DNA of 63,188 nt, filler included, from Ministeria vibrans ATCC 50519 (taxonomy: Eukaryota; Protista; Filasterea): assembly GCA_943704425.1 (NCBI GenBank). It is 8 parts of 8 records of this genome, joined end to end, with 100 filler letters (N's around TTAATTAATTAA, not from the genome) between each part and the next. Parts side by side here need not be neighbours in the genome. Positions count along the whole stretch, not along the records: positions 28,749 to 44,096 come from CALSCP010001515.1; positions 44,197 to 49,558 come from CALSCP010001343.1; positions 49,659 to 53,485 come from CALSCP010001488.1; positions 53,586 to 57,347 come from CALSCP010002365.1; 4 more parts are not named here. The stretch is one strand, 5' to 3'. A program made the position numbers and the translations under genes. The first letter of the stretch is position 1. Each line of letters opens with the position of its first letter. Below the pieces are notes generated by a model. It did no database searches and had not been told where the DNA came from. It saw only the letters and a list, made by a program, of their open reading frames with translations. Below are positions 41,238 through 54,004 of the stretch, piece after piece.

Positions 41238-43600
41238 CACTAGGCTCATTTTCGATCCCCTTGCCCGGCGCATCCTTGATGTCCGTGGCAACAAGACGCC
41301 CAAGGCCGCCCCGAATCCTATCCTGGAGCGGAAATTCATGTACGGGATGAGAAGAGAGAACGACACCCGTCATACACACAACGCACATCTGACGACTGTT
41401 TGGTCGCTCGTACAGGAAGCAGCGCAGGCCCACGCAGGCTGAGTTTGAAGAATTCGCCCGGGAAACAAGTAGGCGTTATCAAATCAGACGACACAGTGAG
41501 TTTAATTATTATTCCATTGTCAGATATGTCTTCCAAAGCGGTGCAGAGCTGGTACCGCCACAAGCGCAACGAGCTTCGTCCAAGTCTGCGCAAGAAGGTT
41601 TGCGAGGCAGCCTTCCGTTTTGTTGCCTATACCTTTCTCACGATTTTCGGAGCGTACATTCTCAAGGACGTAAGTGTGTGTGTGTCTGTGTGTGTTGTCC
41701 GCGTTTGTGTGAAAACATGCGTGTGAGTGAATGTATGTATGTGAGTATATATATATAAATTATTATATATATGTGAGTGTAGATATGTATGTAAATGTAT
41801 GTGTGTGCGTGTGGCGTATGCGTGTGACAGAATGATAATATATTATAATTGATTTGTGTAGATGCCATGGGTGAAAGACGACCAACGCTACGTGTGGGAC
41901 CATGTGTTTACGTAAGTGTCGTCAGTTGCCCTGTTCATTATTTTACTGTTTATCATTCTCCTTTTTGTACATCTCTCTTTTTTTGTACTCACCTCCTTTT
42001 TTGTACTGCGTAGTGGTCAACCGACCGAACCGGAAGTAAAATACTTTTACTTTGCTCAGTTGGGCTTTTACATCTCGCTGGCCATCTCACAGTGCAATGA
42101 CGTTAAGCGAAAGGTATTATCGAAAAAGATATTGAAAAGGATATCTAAAACAAATGGGAAATTTTGGGGGGTGTAGGATTTTACTGAGATGATTATCCAT
42201 CATGTTGTGACCATCTCGCTAATTTCCTTCTCGTACGCTTGTGGTTTTATGCGTGTCGGAACACTCGTGTTACTCGTAAGTATAAACACGCAACACGAAC
42301 ACACACAGTGGCAGAGAGAGAGAGGAGGGGGGAAGAAACAAAGTGATAGAGAGAAGAGGGAAAGAAACAAAGTGATAGAGAGAAGAGGGAAAGAAACAAA
42401 GGGATAGAGAGAAGAGGGAAAGAAACAAGGGATAGAGAGAAGAGGAGAAAGAAACAAAGGGATAGAGAGAAGAGGGAAAGAGACAAAGTGATGGAGAGAA
42501 GAGGGAAAGAAACAAAGGGATAGAGAGAAGAGGGAAAGAGACAAAGTGATGCAGAGAAGAGGGAAAGAAACAAAGTGATAGAGAGAAGATGGAAAGAAAC
42601 AAAGTGATAGAGAGAAGAGGGAAAGAAACAAGGGATAGAGAGAAGAGGAGAAAGAAACAAAGGGATAGAGAGAAGAGGGAAAGAGACAAAGTGATGGAGA
42701 GAAGAGGAGAAAGAAACAAAGGGATAGAGAGAAGAGGGAAAGAAACAAAGGGATAGAGAGAAGAGGGAAAGAGACAAAGTGATGGAGAGAATAGGGAAAG
42801 AAACAAAGTGATAGAGAGAAGAGGGAAAGAAACAAAGTGACAGAGAGAAGAGGGAAAGAAACAAAATGATAGAGAGAGAGTATGAAACAGAGGCAGAGGG
42901 AAAGAGACAAAGTGATGGAGAGAATAGGGAAAGAAACAAAGTGATAGAGAGAAGAGGGAAAGAAACAAAGTGACAGAGAGAAGAGGGAAAGAAACAAAAT
43001 TTAATGATAGAGAGAGAGAGTATGAAACAGGCAGAGAGAAATCGTGGCAGAGGAAACAACCCCTAACCACAACTTTATTCCCGTAGTCTCATGATCTTGC
43101 TGATGTCCTTTTGGAACTCGCTAAGATCTTCAATTACCTTCAATGGTCCGTCCTCTCTGACACCACATTTGGTATTTTTGCCATCTTCTTCATTATCACT
43201 CGGTAATCACCCAAAGCAGTCCTTCCAATCAAAAAATTACTCAACAAAAAAAACTTCACTTTGTCTCGTTGGTCCTCAGGTGCTTTGTGTACCCAGTCTA
43301 TGTGATCTCCTTGACCATATTCGACTATTGGGCTGTACATGGCCCCGTCGCCATGGCAACCGTCTTCCAAATTCTTCTTTGTACTCTTCTCGTAAGAAGA
43401 ACAGGCACAATCTCTCTCACTTTCTCTCTCTCTTGTCTCACGTCTCCTCTTTTTTTTTTCAGGCGCTGCACGTCTTCTGGTCGTATACTATTGTGTATAT
43501 GGTTCATCGAGTGGTCATTGTGGGTTTTGTGGAGAAGGACGCGCGTTCAGAGAGCGAACAGTCGTCTGATTCCGAGTCAGAGTCCAAAAAGAAGAAGTAA
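40903..43600 (+). CDS. Ceramide synthase with Hox-like homeodomain (CerS2-6/Schlank type), TLC/Lag1 domain
   Basis: PNPILERKF...EFARET-DMSSKAVQSWYRHKRNELRPSLRKKVCEAAFRF; YYFAQLGFYIS-like segment; DVKRKDFTEMIIHHVVTISLISFSY; RVGTLVLL.HDLADVLLE (Lag1p motif); ends EKDARSESEQSSDSESESKKKK. Confidence 0.95.
42330..43030. repeat. Intronic minisatellite, ~29-bp unit AGAGAGAAGAGGGAAAGAAACAAAG(T/G)GAT, >20 copies
   Basis: Direct tandem array inside the CerS intron 42278-43086. Confidence 0.95.
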
Positions 43601-43704
43601 AAGTACTCAGACACTCGTTCCGTCCTTTTCGTTTCATCATACTCGTACAGCATCAAGTTCATTCACAATGATACACACAATGACGTATTGTTTACACTTA
43701 AAAA

Positions 43705-44029
43705 TCAGATCCAGGGAGTAAATCCCTCAAACATCCGACACAAATTGTCCACATTGGTCGCTTCTCTCACCAGCCGATCAACCTACAAGAAAAAAAAAAA
43801 AAAAAAAAAAAAAAAAGGAGACCGTAACAAAAACAAACCAATCGTATTAATAATAATTATTATACATTAAAAGCTAGAACCATCAACAGTACCTGTTCAG
43901 GAACAGACTCAACTGTAGCACTGTGACGGCCTGGAACAGCCGATGTGGGCTCACCCACCACTCTCCCTTCCAACTTGGACCGCACGCGCTTCCACACTCC
44001 CACCGCAAAAGCATTCTTCTTCTGTTCCA
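43705..44029 (-). CDS. SMG1: PIKK kinase SMG1, last two exons (FATC domain); remainder beyond the contig edge
   Basis: KKNAFAVGVWKRVRSKLEGR...SVPEQ|VDRLVREATNVDNLCRMFEGFTPWI-TGA matches the SMG1 C-terminal pattern NxxAVxVWKRVKxKLEGR...SVxEQVDxxIxEATxxDNLxxxYEGWTxWV. Confidence 0.9.
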
Positions 44030-44259
44030 CTACACAAACCCACAAAAAATGAAAAAAAGGAAAAGAAAAAAAAAGAAAAAAAAAAACAGAAAGGCCNNNN
44101 NNNNNNNNNNNNNNNNNNNNNNNNNNNNNNNNNNNNNNNNTTAATTAATTAANNNNNNNNNNNNNNNNNNNNNNNNNNNNNNNNNNNNNNNNNNNNGGGG
44201 GGGAGGGAGGGGGGTGAAGGAAGATCCTTGGGTCAACACTACACAATTGAATAGCATAC

Positions 44260-45166
44260 GGTTTCGAGCACTGTCACGTGTCATCAACTGTGCTAGGTCC
44301 CAGTCGGTCGCGTCAACACTGTCCGAGTCGGCAATAAGAGCAGTGTTGTCGCGACTCTCTCTGCCCACACCCAACGGCGTTCGTTGTACGAGCTCCAGTG
44401 ACCCAATCACGCTCATTTTTGATCCATCAATTCCACCCGAGTGTTGTGCAAATGTAAGCCCTTGCATGGTGAATTGCGCACGTTCCTACGTCGTAAGCAA
44501 ACCAAAAGCAAGAATTCAACAGTGTGTCAATCAGTGTCAAATTAGAGTACTTTGAGAGAATAGTCGAAAAAGAGAAACAGTTGGGCGGAAAGGGCCGTGC
44601 TTGCTGCTTCCATGGGAAAAGTGACTGTAAGCTGCAGCAGGTCGTTGCGACCGTCGTTGTTTTCGTCCACTTCAAAACTCTGGTGGAGGTGAAAACATTT
44701 TTTTTTTCTACGGGGTGACATTGTTTCATACGTACCTCAACGACGGGCGTTCTCAGCTGATTGCCGATAAGGGTGTTGAAGCCTGGAAAGGTGCTCCATG
44801 CGATCAGAGATTCGGGAGTGGCTCCTTGCACAATGGCGATGAGTTCTTGCCGATACGACACCGATGGCTGTTCCCAATACACTTCCGTCTTGAGCCAAAA
44901 ACCTGCGCGCACATGAGCAAACAAGCATGATGTGTGATATTAGAGTACATACATACATATATACGAGGGGCACGTTAATCATGACTTGTTTGAAAGAGAG
45001 CCTATATATTATCTGACTGTAGTATAATGATACCCTGTGTTGCGTAGCCTATGACAAAGGGGAGGATGACGGCCGAAACAAAGAGAACGAGTTGAAAGAG
45101 AACGGCCAACGAGCAGAGGCTTGCGCGGTGGATCGTAACCACGGATTGTCGATACACCTCAAACAT
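44260..45166 (-). CDS. TMEM231: Transmembrane protein 231 (ciliary transition zone, MKS complex), 3' truncated
   Basis: MFEVYRQSV...RASLCSLA...ILPFVIGYATQG|FWLKTEVYWEQPSVSY...WSTFPGFN; MQGL..AQHS..IDGSK..VIGSLELVQRTPL. Confidence 0.88.
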
Positions 45167-45285
45167 GGCAAGATGTGAAGAATAAAAATTAAAAAAATAA
45201 TAATATTATTTTTATAATATTTTGTATTATTATTATCTTATCATCGCGATTAAACACAAGGCAAAACACTTTTTATTATTATATT

Positions 45286-48200
45286 TTATTTCAGTTTGTA
45301 TACATTGTCGGAAAATGAAAGTAACTGATCGCGCACTTTGGAGTCGAGAAACCTCTTCAACTGTGGTAACGAACAGTTGTACTGCTGTGGACTGTGGAAA
45401 GACGATGCAGTGTGAGTGAGTGAGTGAGTGAGTGACACAAGTAGCGCAAGACACTTCTTACCCATGCTGAACAAACACGCCGAGCATCTGATGAATTCGG
45501 TCAATGGGACACGCTCCCAGGTTGGTAAGCATCCCTACAACATAGCTCCAGTACACATCCATTTCCTTCTCCTTCTCGTCCGCCGCCGATGCAAGCACGT
45601 CGTCTGTGAATTCAGCCGCCCCTCCAGGCCCAGACCCATCCTCATCCTCACCAGCCTCCTCCTCCTCCTCCTCATCGTCATCATCATCATCATCATCAAC
45701 AGCATCCTCGTCTTCTTCCTTCCCATCATCGCCCTTGAGCTTCTCCACCTCCTCCTTAGTGTTATCATCGTCTTGTGCTGCTGCTGTGCCGACACCTCCA
45801 GCACCACTACTGGTCTTCGTCGCAGTTCTCGTTGCACTCTTTTTCTTCTTCTTCCCCAGCGTACTGGCTGTGTCTCCCGCCGCCGGTGCCACGACTTTCT
45901 CCACCACGGCAAACACCCCCACCGATTTCTCGACGAGAACACCTTTTCCAATCCAAAAGTCAACACGCTTGCGCATCGCCGAGCTTGGCAGACGCATTGT
46001 CGTGACAAGCTCGGCCAGCGACCACGACGGCCGATCTTCAAATAACATGATGAGGTTGGCTAGTGACGCAGGCACAGTCAGTGCTACGGTACGGTCTTCA
46101 AGCTCCAGCTCTAGATCCACCGAGCCCACACTAGGCTTCCACGCGAGTGTGCGCCCCGCCTTGAGCACGCCGTACGCCGCATTGTATTGTTCCATGGCAA
46201 GCGCAGTCCGTCGGTGAGGCTGAAAGTCGTCATCGCGAAAAGACGGCCAAAACAGTCGCGAGAGTACAGTGACATCCAAAGGTATAGACACGGGTGCGGG
46301 AGACGCGTTAATGGTGGCTGTCTCGACACCCCGTTCCTCCAGCATGCTGTGCACGGTCCCGTTGATGCGCTTCGAGTCAGCAATGTCCTTGAGCATCACC
46401 TCGCACTGCAATAGGTTGCCTTCGCCAAAGCGCAGCTTGAGCAGTTCCACATTGCGCGCCTCGCGCGTCGTAGAGAAGTCCAGTGCCGAGAGGAGTCGGT
46501 CGGCCAAGAGCGCACGGTACTCCTTGACAAAGAGCTCCTGACTTCGATATATGTTCACGAGCAAACTGACAATGTCGGCCGCACGGCGTTCGCGCACCGC
46601 TCCCGCACTACTACCACCGACACCCATTGAAGCTGCGTGTGCTGCCGCTGTCCGTGCGCTACTTGCGTATGCAGCTGCAACAGAGCCCCCGTGCGGCACA
46701 TCAATGGGGTCGGGCACCCAGTCGTCGCCGCCACCGTCACTGTCGTCACCGGCCGCCATCATTTCCGCATACGCCGAAGTATCTGCAGCCATAGCCGCAT
46801 CCCCGCCAGCACTAGCAGCACCACTAGCAGCAGTAACATCAACCGTGGCGTCGTTGGCTGCACCTGCCTCGGTGGTTTCGGTAGTGGCCACGTCGAGTTC
46901 GTTGATGAGGTCGCTTGACTCGTCGAGCAGCAGTGTAATAATGCAGCGGATGGTGTCGCGGCGTTTGCGCAAATAGGCTCGCACCGGCTCGCACACCAGC
47001 TCAAGCGTAGTGCCAGTCGAGTCGAGAATGCGAAGCGACCGAATTGCATTGATGTATTGAGACAAGATGTCGGAGGTATTTGCGCCCGGCTGCAAAAGGC
47101 GACGTTCAAAGGCAAGGCGAAGCGAGCGATGGAGCGTGTGTGACCGCTGCTCCGAGGGCGCCAGACACTCCCGCAGGTCGAGCAACGCCGGATGACTCTC
47201 GGGAAAGTCCACAATGATGTTGAACATTTCGTCAATGCGCAAGGCAGCAAACGAGTCGTACAAGTGCACCAAAAGCTGCTGTTGAATGGTGTACAGGTGG
47301 GGTGCGGCAACGCCGTCGGGGCACAGTGCCCACATTACCCAGGGCATAACCACGTCACTTAGCCAGGTACACTGGCTGCCAAAGAGACGCTTGTCAAAAC
47401 GACCCGCACATGTGCGCTTGACATGGTTGGCGACAGCATTGCGCGAGGTCAACGACACCTGCTCCCCTACGAGTAGCTTCAACCACTGGCATTGCTGTAG
47501 TCGTAACCCAAAGCGCTTGAACGTTTCAAAAAAGACACCGACATGTGACTCGCCGATTTGTCGGGGCTTTTCGTCGTCATCGTCGTCATCATCATCACTG
47601 TCGCTCTCGTCTTCGCCAACGTTGTCGTCATCGTCATTGCTCTTGTTAGGGTGTACAAGTGGAAATGAGTTGAGCGAGACGTCGTAGAGTGTGGCAAGGA
47701 TCCCGGGATGATGGCGTCCTTCTCCTCCAAACACAACGGCAAACGCTTCGGCAATAATAGTGGAGCTGTTGAGATGAAACATGAAAAAAGTAAGGCAAAT
47801 TGATCTGAAGGAGTGTTGTGCGTGGTGTACCGCAACGACCACGACTGCGTCTCGGACTGAAGCGCATCAACCAGATCAATAGTGGCGTCCATAAAGCGGA
47901 CAAGAGACACGGCCAAGTCTGTCGAAGAGGCGTCCAGTTCGGAGTGTACCGTCTGAACCAAAATGCAAATGAGTGAGACGGAGAGAGAGAGGAGAAAAAA
48001 AGAAAGCGATTGAGAGAAGAAAAAGAAACGAAGTGATTGATAGAGAGGGAGAGAGAGAGAGAGCGACTCTTACCGACAAGGCGCTCCAGTAGCGAGGTGC
48101 CAATTCATTCAGCACCCGAGACCGCATTGTTTCTACACAGGTCGGTGCAAGGGAGTGCGTTACACAGGTCCAATCCGTTTTTGTTCCCTCCTGCTGTACC

Positions 48201-48317
48201 CACTCCTAGAGCGTCCAGCAACTCGCGAGCCTCCGCCGAAAGGTCAGAATTGGATCCGTTTCGGACATTATCGACAACTTGAAGCCATTCTTGAGCGAGA
48301 AGCTCGGCAGAGGCCAT
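45286..48317 (-). CDS. ANAPC2: Anaphase-promoting complex subunit 2 (cullin-like)
   Basis: LRIDEMFNIIVDFPES.PALLDLRECL; RRLLQPGANTSDILSQYI; YLRKRRDTIRCII; WVPDPID; LFVKEYRALLADRLL; ELLKLRFGE...CEVMLKDIADSKRIN; YWSYVVGMLTNLG..PIDRIHQML; last exon ends NVYKLK-TAA. Confidence 0.96.
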
Positions 48318-48445
48318 CGTGCAAATAATATAAAAGTGAAAATTTTGACTACTTTTTCGCTTTCGTTAGATCAAAAATTAAAAAGATTATTAATTATTAA
48401 TTTACGTTTGTGTAGCAACGGGGAGTGGGGTGTATCTAAGAAGCA

Positions 48446-49558
48446 ATGATGATGCCTCGGACAAGGATCGGGGTGGTGGGCGTGGCCGTCCTCCTGGTAG
48501 TGTTGCCAGTTGCGGTGTGTGCCGTTGCCGTTGCGGTCGATTCGCCACGCACACTTGGCGTGGGTGCGTATGCGCCGGCCGCTGGGCAGAAGCGACGGGC
48601 GTTGGGTTGTCCTGCTGGGAGAGCGGCGAGCGGCACCTACTGTTGCAGCAAGGTGAGCATTTCATCCCTTATGCGATGATTCACTTGTGATTTGCTCGCA
48701 GGACTGCGGATCGTGTGTCAAAGCGACGTGCTGGAACTGCAAGTCATGTTGGTCGTGTGGGGAGGTGTGCGTCGATCAGTGCAGCTTCTGCTCCGACTGT
48801 CCTTCTGGCAAATACTTGTCGGACGAGACGACCTGCTCTGACTGCGCAGCGGGTACTAATAGTGACTATAATATTCATAATAATTCCTAAGACTCAATTC
48901 GTAATAGGCTCATACTCACCGGGTCTCACGACCGTGTGCCCACTGTGTCCTTTTGGCAAGTACAGTCGCGCGTCGGCATCGGTGTGTCTATCGTGTACTG
49001 CCGGTCGTTATGCGAGCATTGAGGGAGCGACGACTTGCAGTGACTGCACGCCGGGTAAGTACGCGGCGGAAGAAACCACTAAGAGGTGCAGCGACTGTCA
49101 TGCGGGCCGGGCCTCGAGCGCAATTGCAGCCACAGTGTGCGATCAATGTGCGAGCGGTTGGAAGGGCGACGAATGCGACCAAGCGGATTGTCCCGGCACG
49201 CCCGATTGCAATAATCGCGGTGTGTGCGACGCGACGGTTCTTCCGGAGCCGTCATGCAAGAATTGCACAGATGGCTGGATGGGTTTGGCATGTGCCACAC
49301 CGTGTGTCAACGGAACGCAGACGCCGCTCAATTCGGGTATTTGCGTGTGTGACGCGTGCTTTAGCGGTGGCTCGTGCAACGTCGAGTGCAGTGGTCACGG
49401 AGCGTGCGACGGCACCGGCCCGTGTGTGTGCGAGAGCAAGTGGCGTGGTGACCAGTGTCAGACGCAGAGTTGTGCGGGTTCGCCTGGTCCGTGCTCGGGC
49501 CACGGTACGTGCAACACAGCGGCACAAGAGTGCTTCTGTAACAGCGGTTGGCAGGGTG
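48446..49558 (+). CDS. Secreted or cell-surface cysteine-rich protein (GCC2_GCC3/ephrin-receptor-like repeats + tenascin-type EGF), 3' truncated
   Basis: Signal peptide, QKRR|ALGC; CxxCxxGxY repeats; CSGHGxC EGF repeats running into the spacer. Confidence 0.8.
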
Positions 49559-49851
49559 NNNNNNNNNNNNNNNNNNNNNNNNNNNNNNNNNNNNNNNNNN
49601 NNTTAATTAATTAANNNNNNNNNNNNNNNNNNNNNNNNNNNNNNNNNNNNNNNNNNNNGGGGGGGTTTTTTTTTTTTTTTTTTTTTTTTTTCGATCTTCG
49701 ATTTCTGTTTTTTTTTTGTGGGGTTCACTTTGTACCGTGTTGTGATGGCGCCGTCTGTATGTGGAAATGGCCTTCAAGGCGTGTGAGTGCGACGCGCACA
49801 ATGGCCGTGTGTGTGCGCTGACACGGTCGTGTGTGCACTGTTGTGTTGCAG

Positions 49852-51336
49852 ACTCCATTGACGATGAGGACGAGGTGCTTGCCGCCCTTGCACTGGAGCT
49901 TGGCGCCTTTGTGCCCCTGGTAGGCGGCGCACGGTATGGAGATTGCCTCATTGCCCCGCTCGAGAAGCTGGCTACAGTGGAAGAGACAGTTGTTCGCGAC
50001 AAGGTAACTTATTTTACAGTTTTTTTTACTCTTCCCCAAGACGTTTTTATTTTTAATATTTTTTTTTCCCCTGCAGTCTGTTGAGTCGCTGAAGCGTGTG
50101 ACCGCTGAGCTGACCAACGCACATGTGAGTGACCATATTGTCCCGCTGATTCGTCGTCTGGCAACGGGAGACTGGTTCACGTCGCGGACAAGTGCGTGCG
50201 GACTGTTTGCAGTGGCGTCGCCCAAGGCGACGGAAGGACAGCAAAAGGAACTGCGTGATTTGTTCAAGCAGTTGTGCGAAGACGATACGCCTATGGTGCG
50301 ACGAGCAGCAGCGAGCAAACTCGGCGATTTTGCAGCGGCATCGTCCGTCGAAGCCGTCAAGGCGGATCTGGTCAAGGTGTTTCAGGGACTTGCGGACGAC
50401 GAACAGGACTCGGTGCGCCTGTTGGCCGGCGAGGCTAGTGTGCCCATTGCCGAGCTGCTCACCGAGCAGGACAAGGAGACGATGCTGATGCCGACCATTC
50501 GCAACTTGTGTGCCGACAAATCGTGGCGTGTGCGCTACACCATGGCCAACAAGTTTGACGACTTGCAAAAGGCCGTGGGCAAGGAGATCACCAAGAACGA
50601 CCTGATTGTGTGCTACGGTAGACTGCTTAAGGACGTCGAGGCCGAGGTGCGCACCGCCGCGTCCTTCAAGGTCCCCGAGTTCTGCAACACGCTCGACGCC
50701 TCCATCCGCGAGAGCACCATTCTTACCAGTATCCTGCCCTGTGTCAAGGAACTCGCCGCCGACCAGTCTCAGCACGTCCGCGCCGCCCTCGCTTCGTCTA
50801 TCATGGGCCTGGCACCTTCCCTGGGCAAAGAGAACACCATTGAGTCGCTTCTGCCTCTTTTCCTGGCCCTCCTGCGCGACACTGCCCCCGAAGTGCGTCT
50901 CAACATCATTTCCAAACTGGATAGCGTCAACAAGGTCATCGGCATCGACCTGCTTTCCCAGTCGCTCCTTCCGGCTATTGTTGATCTCGCCGAGGACCGT
51001 CAGTGGCGCGTCCGCCTTGCCATTATCGAGTACATCCCCCTCCTTGCCTCTCAGCTCGGTGTCGCCTTCTTTGACCAGAAGCTCAGTAACCTTTGTATGA
51101 CCTGGCTCGGCGACTGTGTCTTTTCCATTCGCGAGGCTGCCACCGAGAATATCAAAAAGGTACAAAATTGGTTGGCATCAGGGAGGAGAGACAGACAAAC
51201 AACTCATTTTTTTCGCACAGCTCATTGACACGTTTGGACCTGAGTGGGCTCAGAACAACATTGTGCCCAAGGTGCTGGCTATGTGCAAGCACCCCAACTA
51301 CCTCTACCGCATGACTACCCTCTTTGCAGTCAATGT

Positions 51337-51400
<64 letters not shown>

Positions 51401-51689
51401 GATTGTCGTGTGATACTCATTTTCTCCTCATTTTTTTTTGTTGTAGTTGATGACACAAAACGTCGCCAAGGAGTGTCTGTCGTTGACAGTGCTTCCAGTG
51501 ATCTTGGCCATGGCGGGCGACACTGTTCCCAACGTTCGCTTCAACGTCGCCAAGACGCTTACGGCCATTGGCGGTAAGATTGACCATGCCAAGTTTATGA
51601 GCGACGTCAAGCCCGTGCTCGAGACCCTCGCTGCCGACCAGGACGTCGATGTCAAGTACTTTGCCCAGCAGGGCCTCAAGCTCGCCTGA
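49852..51689 (+). CDS. PPP2R1A: Protein phosphatase 2A scaffold A subunit (HEAT repeats), 5' truncated
   Basis: [13 protein letters not shown]; [12 protein letters not shown]; [13 protein letters not shown]; [15 protein letters not shown]; DKSWRVRY; [15 protein letters not shown]; [10 protein letters not shown]; [10 protein letters not shown]; [10 protein letters not shown]. Confidence 0.97.
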
Positions 51690-52367
51690 GAACAGAAAAA
51701 AGGGAACAACCGAAACAATAGAGAGTGATAGAGAGAGAATGTGGGCCATTGTGTTTTTGCCTGTGTGGAAATCAATTAAAAATATAGCACCTTTTGATAC
51801 AATGAAGAAAAATCTAAAATAGATAATCAATTATTATCAAATATCAATGATCAATCATATTTTTATACTCTTGCGTCTTGGCTCTTAACAGCAGACGAGT
51901 ACACGAGAACAAGACCGCTAAGGGCAGGCTGCCAAAGGGAATGGAGAAAGTACAAAAAACAACACAAAAATACACATCACCGCTCAAATTGACTTGGTGT
52001 TGCACAGGAGAACACATCGAACATTGTTACAAGTCGTTTTACAAGTCATCGTTCACCCACACTCACATCAAAGTAAGACGAACGCTCTCGACGTGAACCG
52101 TCACATCTGTCAAAATTGGTTTTTTTTAAAAAAAAAATTCAAATTTTCCAATCAGTCTCAGTCTTCACAACACTCACTTGCGTTCTCCTTGTCTGTCTTT
52201 GCCCCTGTTTCTGTCTCTCTTCTCCCCGGCTCCGCCACGCGTGGCGTTCTTGGTACAGGCGAGCGACGGACAGTCAGAATCCTTCTCTGCTTGACACACC
52301 ACACCGAGACACGCACACCAAGCGTCTCTTGCCGACAGTGCCTGCAAAGCACCCTACTATCGACGCG

Positions 52368-52700
52368 ATGGAGGCGACGCCGCAGGCAGCCGTCGAGGAG
52401 CGCCGCGCCAACACAACCGTTGCCGAAACTGCTTGTGCCACTACACCCGCAACTGCCATCGACGCTGAGCCCTCGGCCCCAACTGACGATGTCAACAGCT
52501 CGGCGATGAGTGTCGATGACTTCACGGATGCGCGCGAGGAGGTATCTTTTTTGTGTGTGTGTTTGAAAGACCCTTGAAAGTGTTTCAAAATTTTATCTCT
52601 CTAATTTCTCTCTCTATCACTTTGTTTCTCTCTCTATCACTTTGTTTCTCTCTCTATCACTTTGTTTCCCTCTCTCTCTCTCTCTCTCCTATCGCTTTTT

Positions 52701-52735
<35 letters not shown>

Positions 52736-53485
52736 TCTATTACTCTGTTTCTCTCTCTATCACTTTGTTTTTCTCTCTCTCGATCACTTTGGTTCTCTCT
52801 CTCTCTCAAATTCTCTCTCTCAAACTCTCTCAGTTTGGGACGCCTTCGCGCATCCCTGCCACGATGGACGACCTGTCTATGCTGGAAACGGCGGGCAACA
52901 ACGCATTCAAGGACTTGAGCCGGCTGCGACAGTCGCTCTACACGCGCTTTGATCCCTTGGCGTCACCCGAGAAACCTGCGACGACGACGACCACCACCAC
53001 CACTACTGTTGCCACTGACGGCTCCGAGACTACCACTGTACCGTGCGTCGTGGAAGTGTCGTCTGCGAAGAGCACTGTCGCCCGCGCGCCTGTCATGTCG
53101 GAGCGTCTGCTTGACCTAACTCCGGTCAAGCCCATGGAGACGGCCGCGCCCGAGCGCGCCAAGCCTGTTGCGTTCTCGCTCGATTTTGATGAAGTGTCTG
53201 TGGGCGGTGACGCTAACCCGGTCGAAGAGAAGGAGGAGAAGACAGCAGAGGAGATCGTTCCGGTCGAGGCAGTCGAGACAAACACATTTGACGATGTGCC
53301 AGTCGGCGGAGGTGTTAAGCTGGATATTCCCGAGTTTCCTGAGATAGAGCCAAAGGAGGAGGCGGTATCTGCTGCCACGCCGCCCAAGAGCGCATTTGAC
53401 GAGCAGCCGGTGGGAGGAGGTGTCAAGATGACCATGAGTGAATTCCCAGAGGAGGCTGCAAAGGAGGAACCTGTTGTTGCCACGC
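52368..53485 (+). CDS. Transforming acidic coiled-coil (TACC)-like protein, N-terminal part; 3' truncated
   Basis: DFTDAREE|FGT...DDLSMLETAG..AFKDLSRLRQSLYTRFDPL resembles TACC3 SFRDPAEVLGT..VDYLEQFG.SSFKESALRKQSLYLKFDPL. The C-terminal coiled coil is not in the window. Confidence 0.7.
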
Positions 53486-53585
53486 NNNNNNNNNNNNNNN
53501 NNNNNNNNNNNNNNNNNNNNNNNNNNNNNTTAATTAATTAANNNNNNNNNNNNNNNNNNNNNNNNNNNNNNNNNNNNNNNNNNNN

Positions 53586-53586
53586 C

Positions 53587-53665
<79 letters not shown>

Positions 53666-53768
53666 GTCGTCCGCCCAACAGCAACCGCAACCCACCCGCT
53701 CCACTCATCTTGGCGATCCTTTTGTTGGTGGAAGTCACTCGCTCCCTTCCTTTCCCTACAATTCTTAA
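53586..53768 (+). CDS. Poly-Gln-containing C-terminus of a truncated gene
   Basis: (CAA)n continues in frame as QSSAQQQPQPTRSTHLGDPFVGGSHSLPSFPYNS-TAA. Confidence 0.4.
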
Positions 53769-53892
53769 ATGTGCCGTTGTAATTGATTCGCGACGAATTA
53801 TAATTATTGTACCATAATGTGTTTCAAAATAAAATGTTTCTCTCCTCTTCGTCGTTTGATTGCCTTTTTTGTGTTTGCTTCATTATTTTCCA

Positions 53893-53956
<64 letters not shown>

Positions 53957-54004
53957 CAATCGGGTTTTTTCTTTCTTTTCTTTGTTTGTTTTGTTTTGTC
54001 TGTC

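Noticed and set aside
42341-42353. AGTGATAGAGA matches half of the tet operator (TCCCTATCAGTGATAGAGA)
   Set aside because: The other half-site and any vector context are absent. It is a chance match within the dispersed native motif.
42330-43030. CRISPR-like array (~29-bp repeats)
   Set aside because: The units are head-to-tail with no unique spacers, low complexity, inside a spliceosomal intron, and no cas genes are present.
50053-51165. Long antisense ORFs (370 aa opposite PP2A-A; similar ones opposite APC2, Nog2 and the ankyrin gene)
   Set aside because: These are shadows of GC3-biased coding sequence on the other strand, with no independent motifs.
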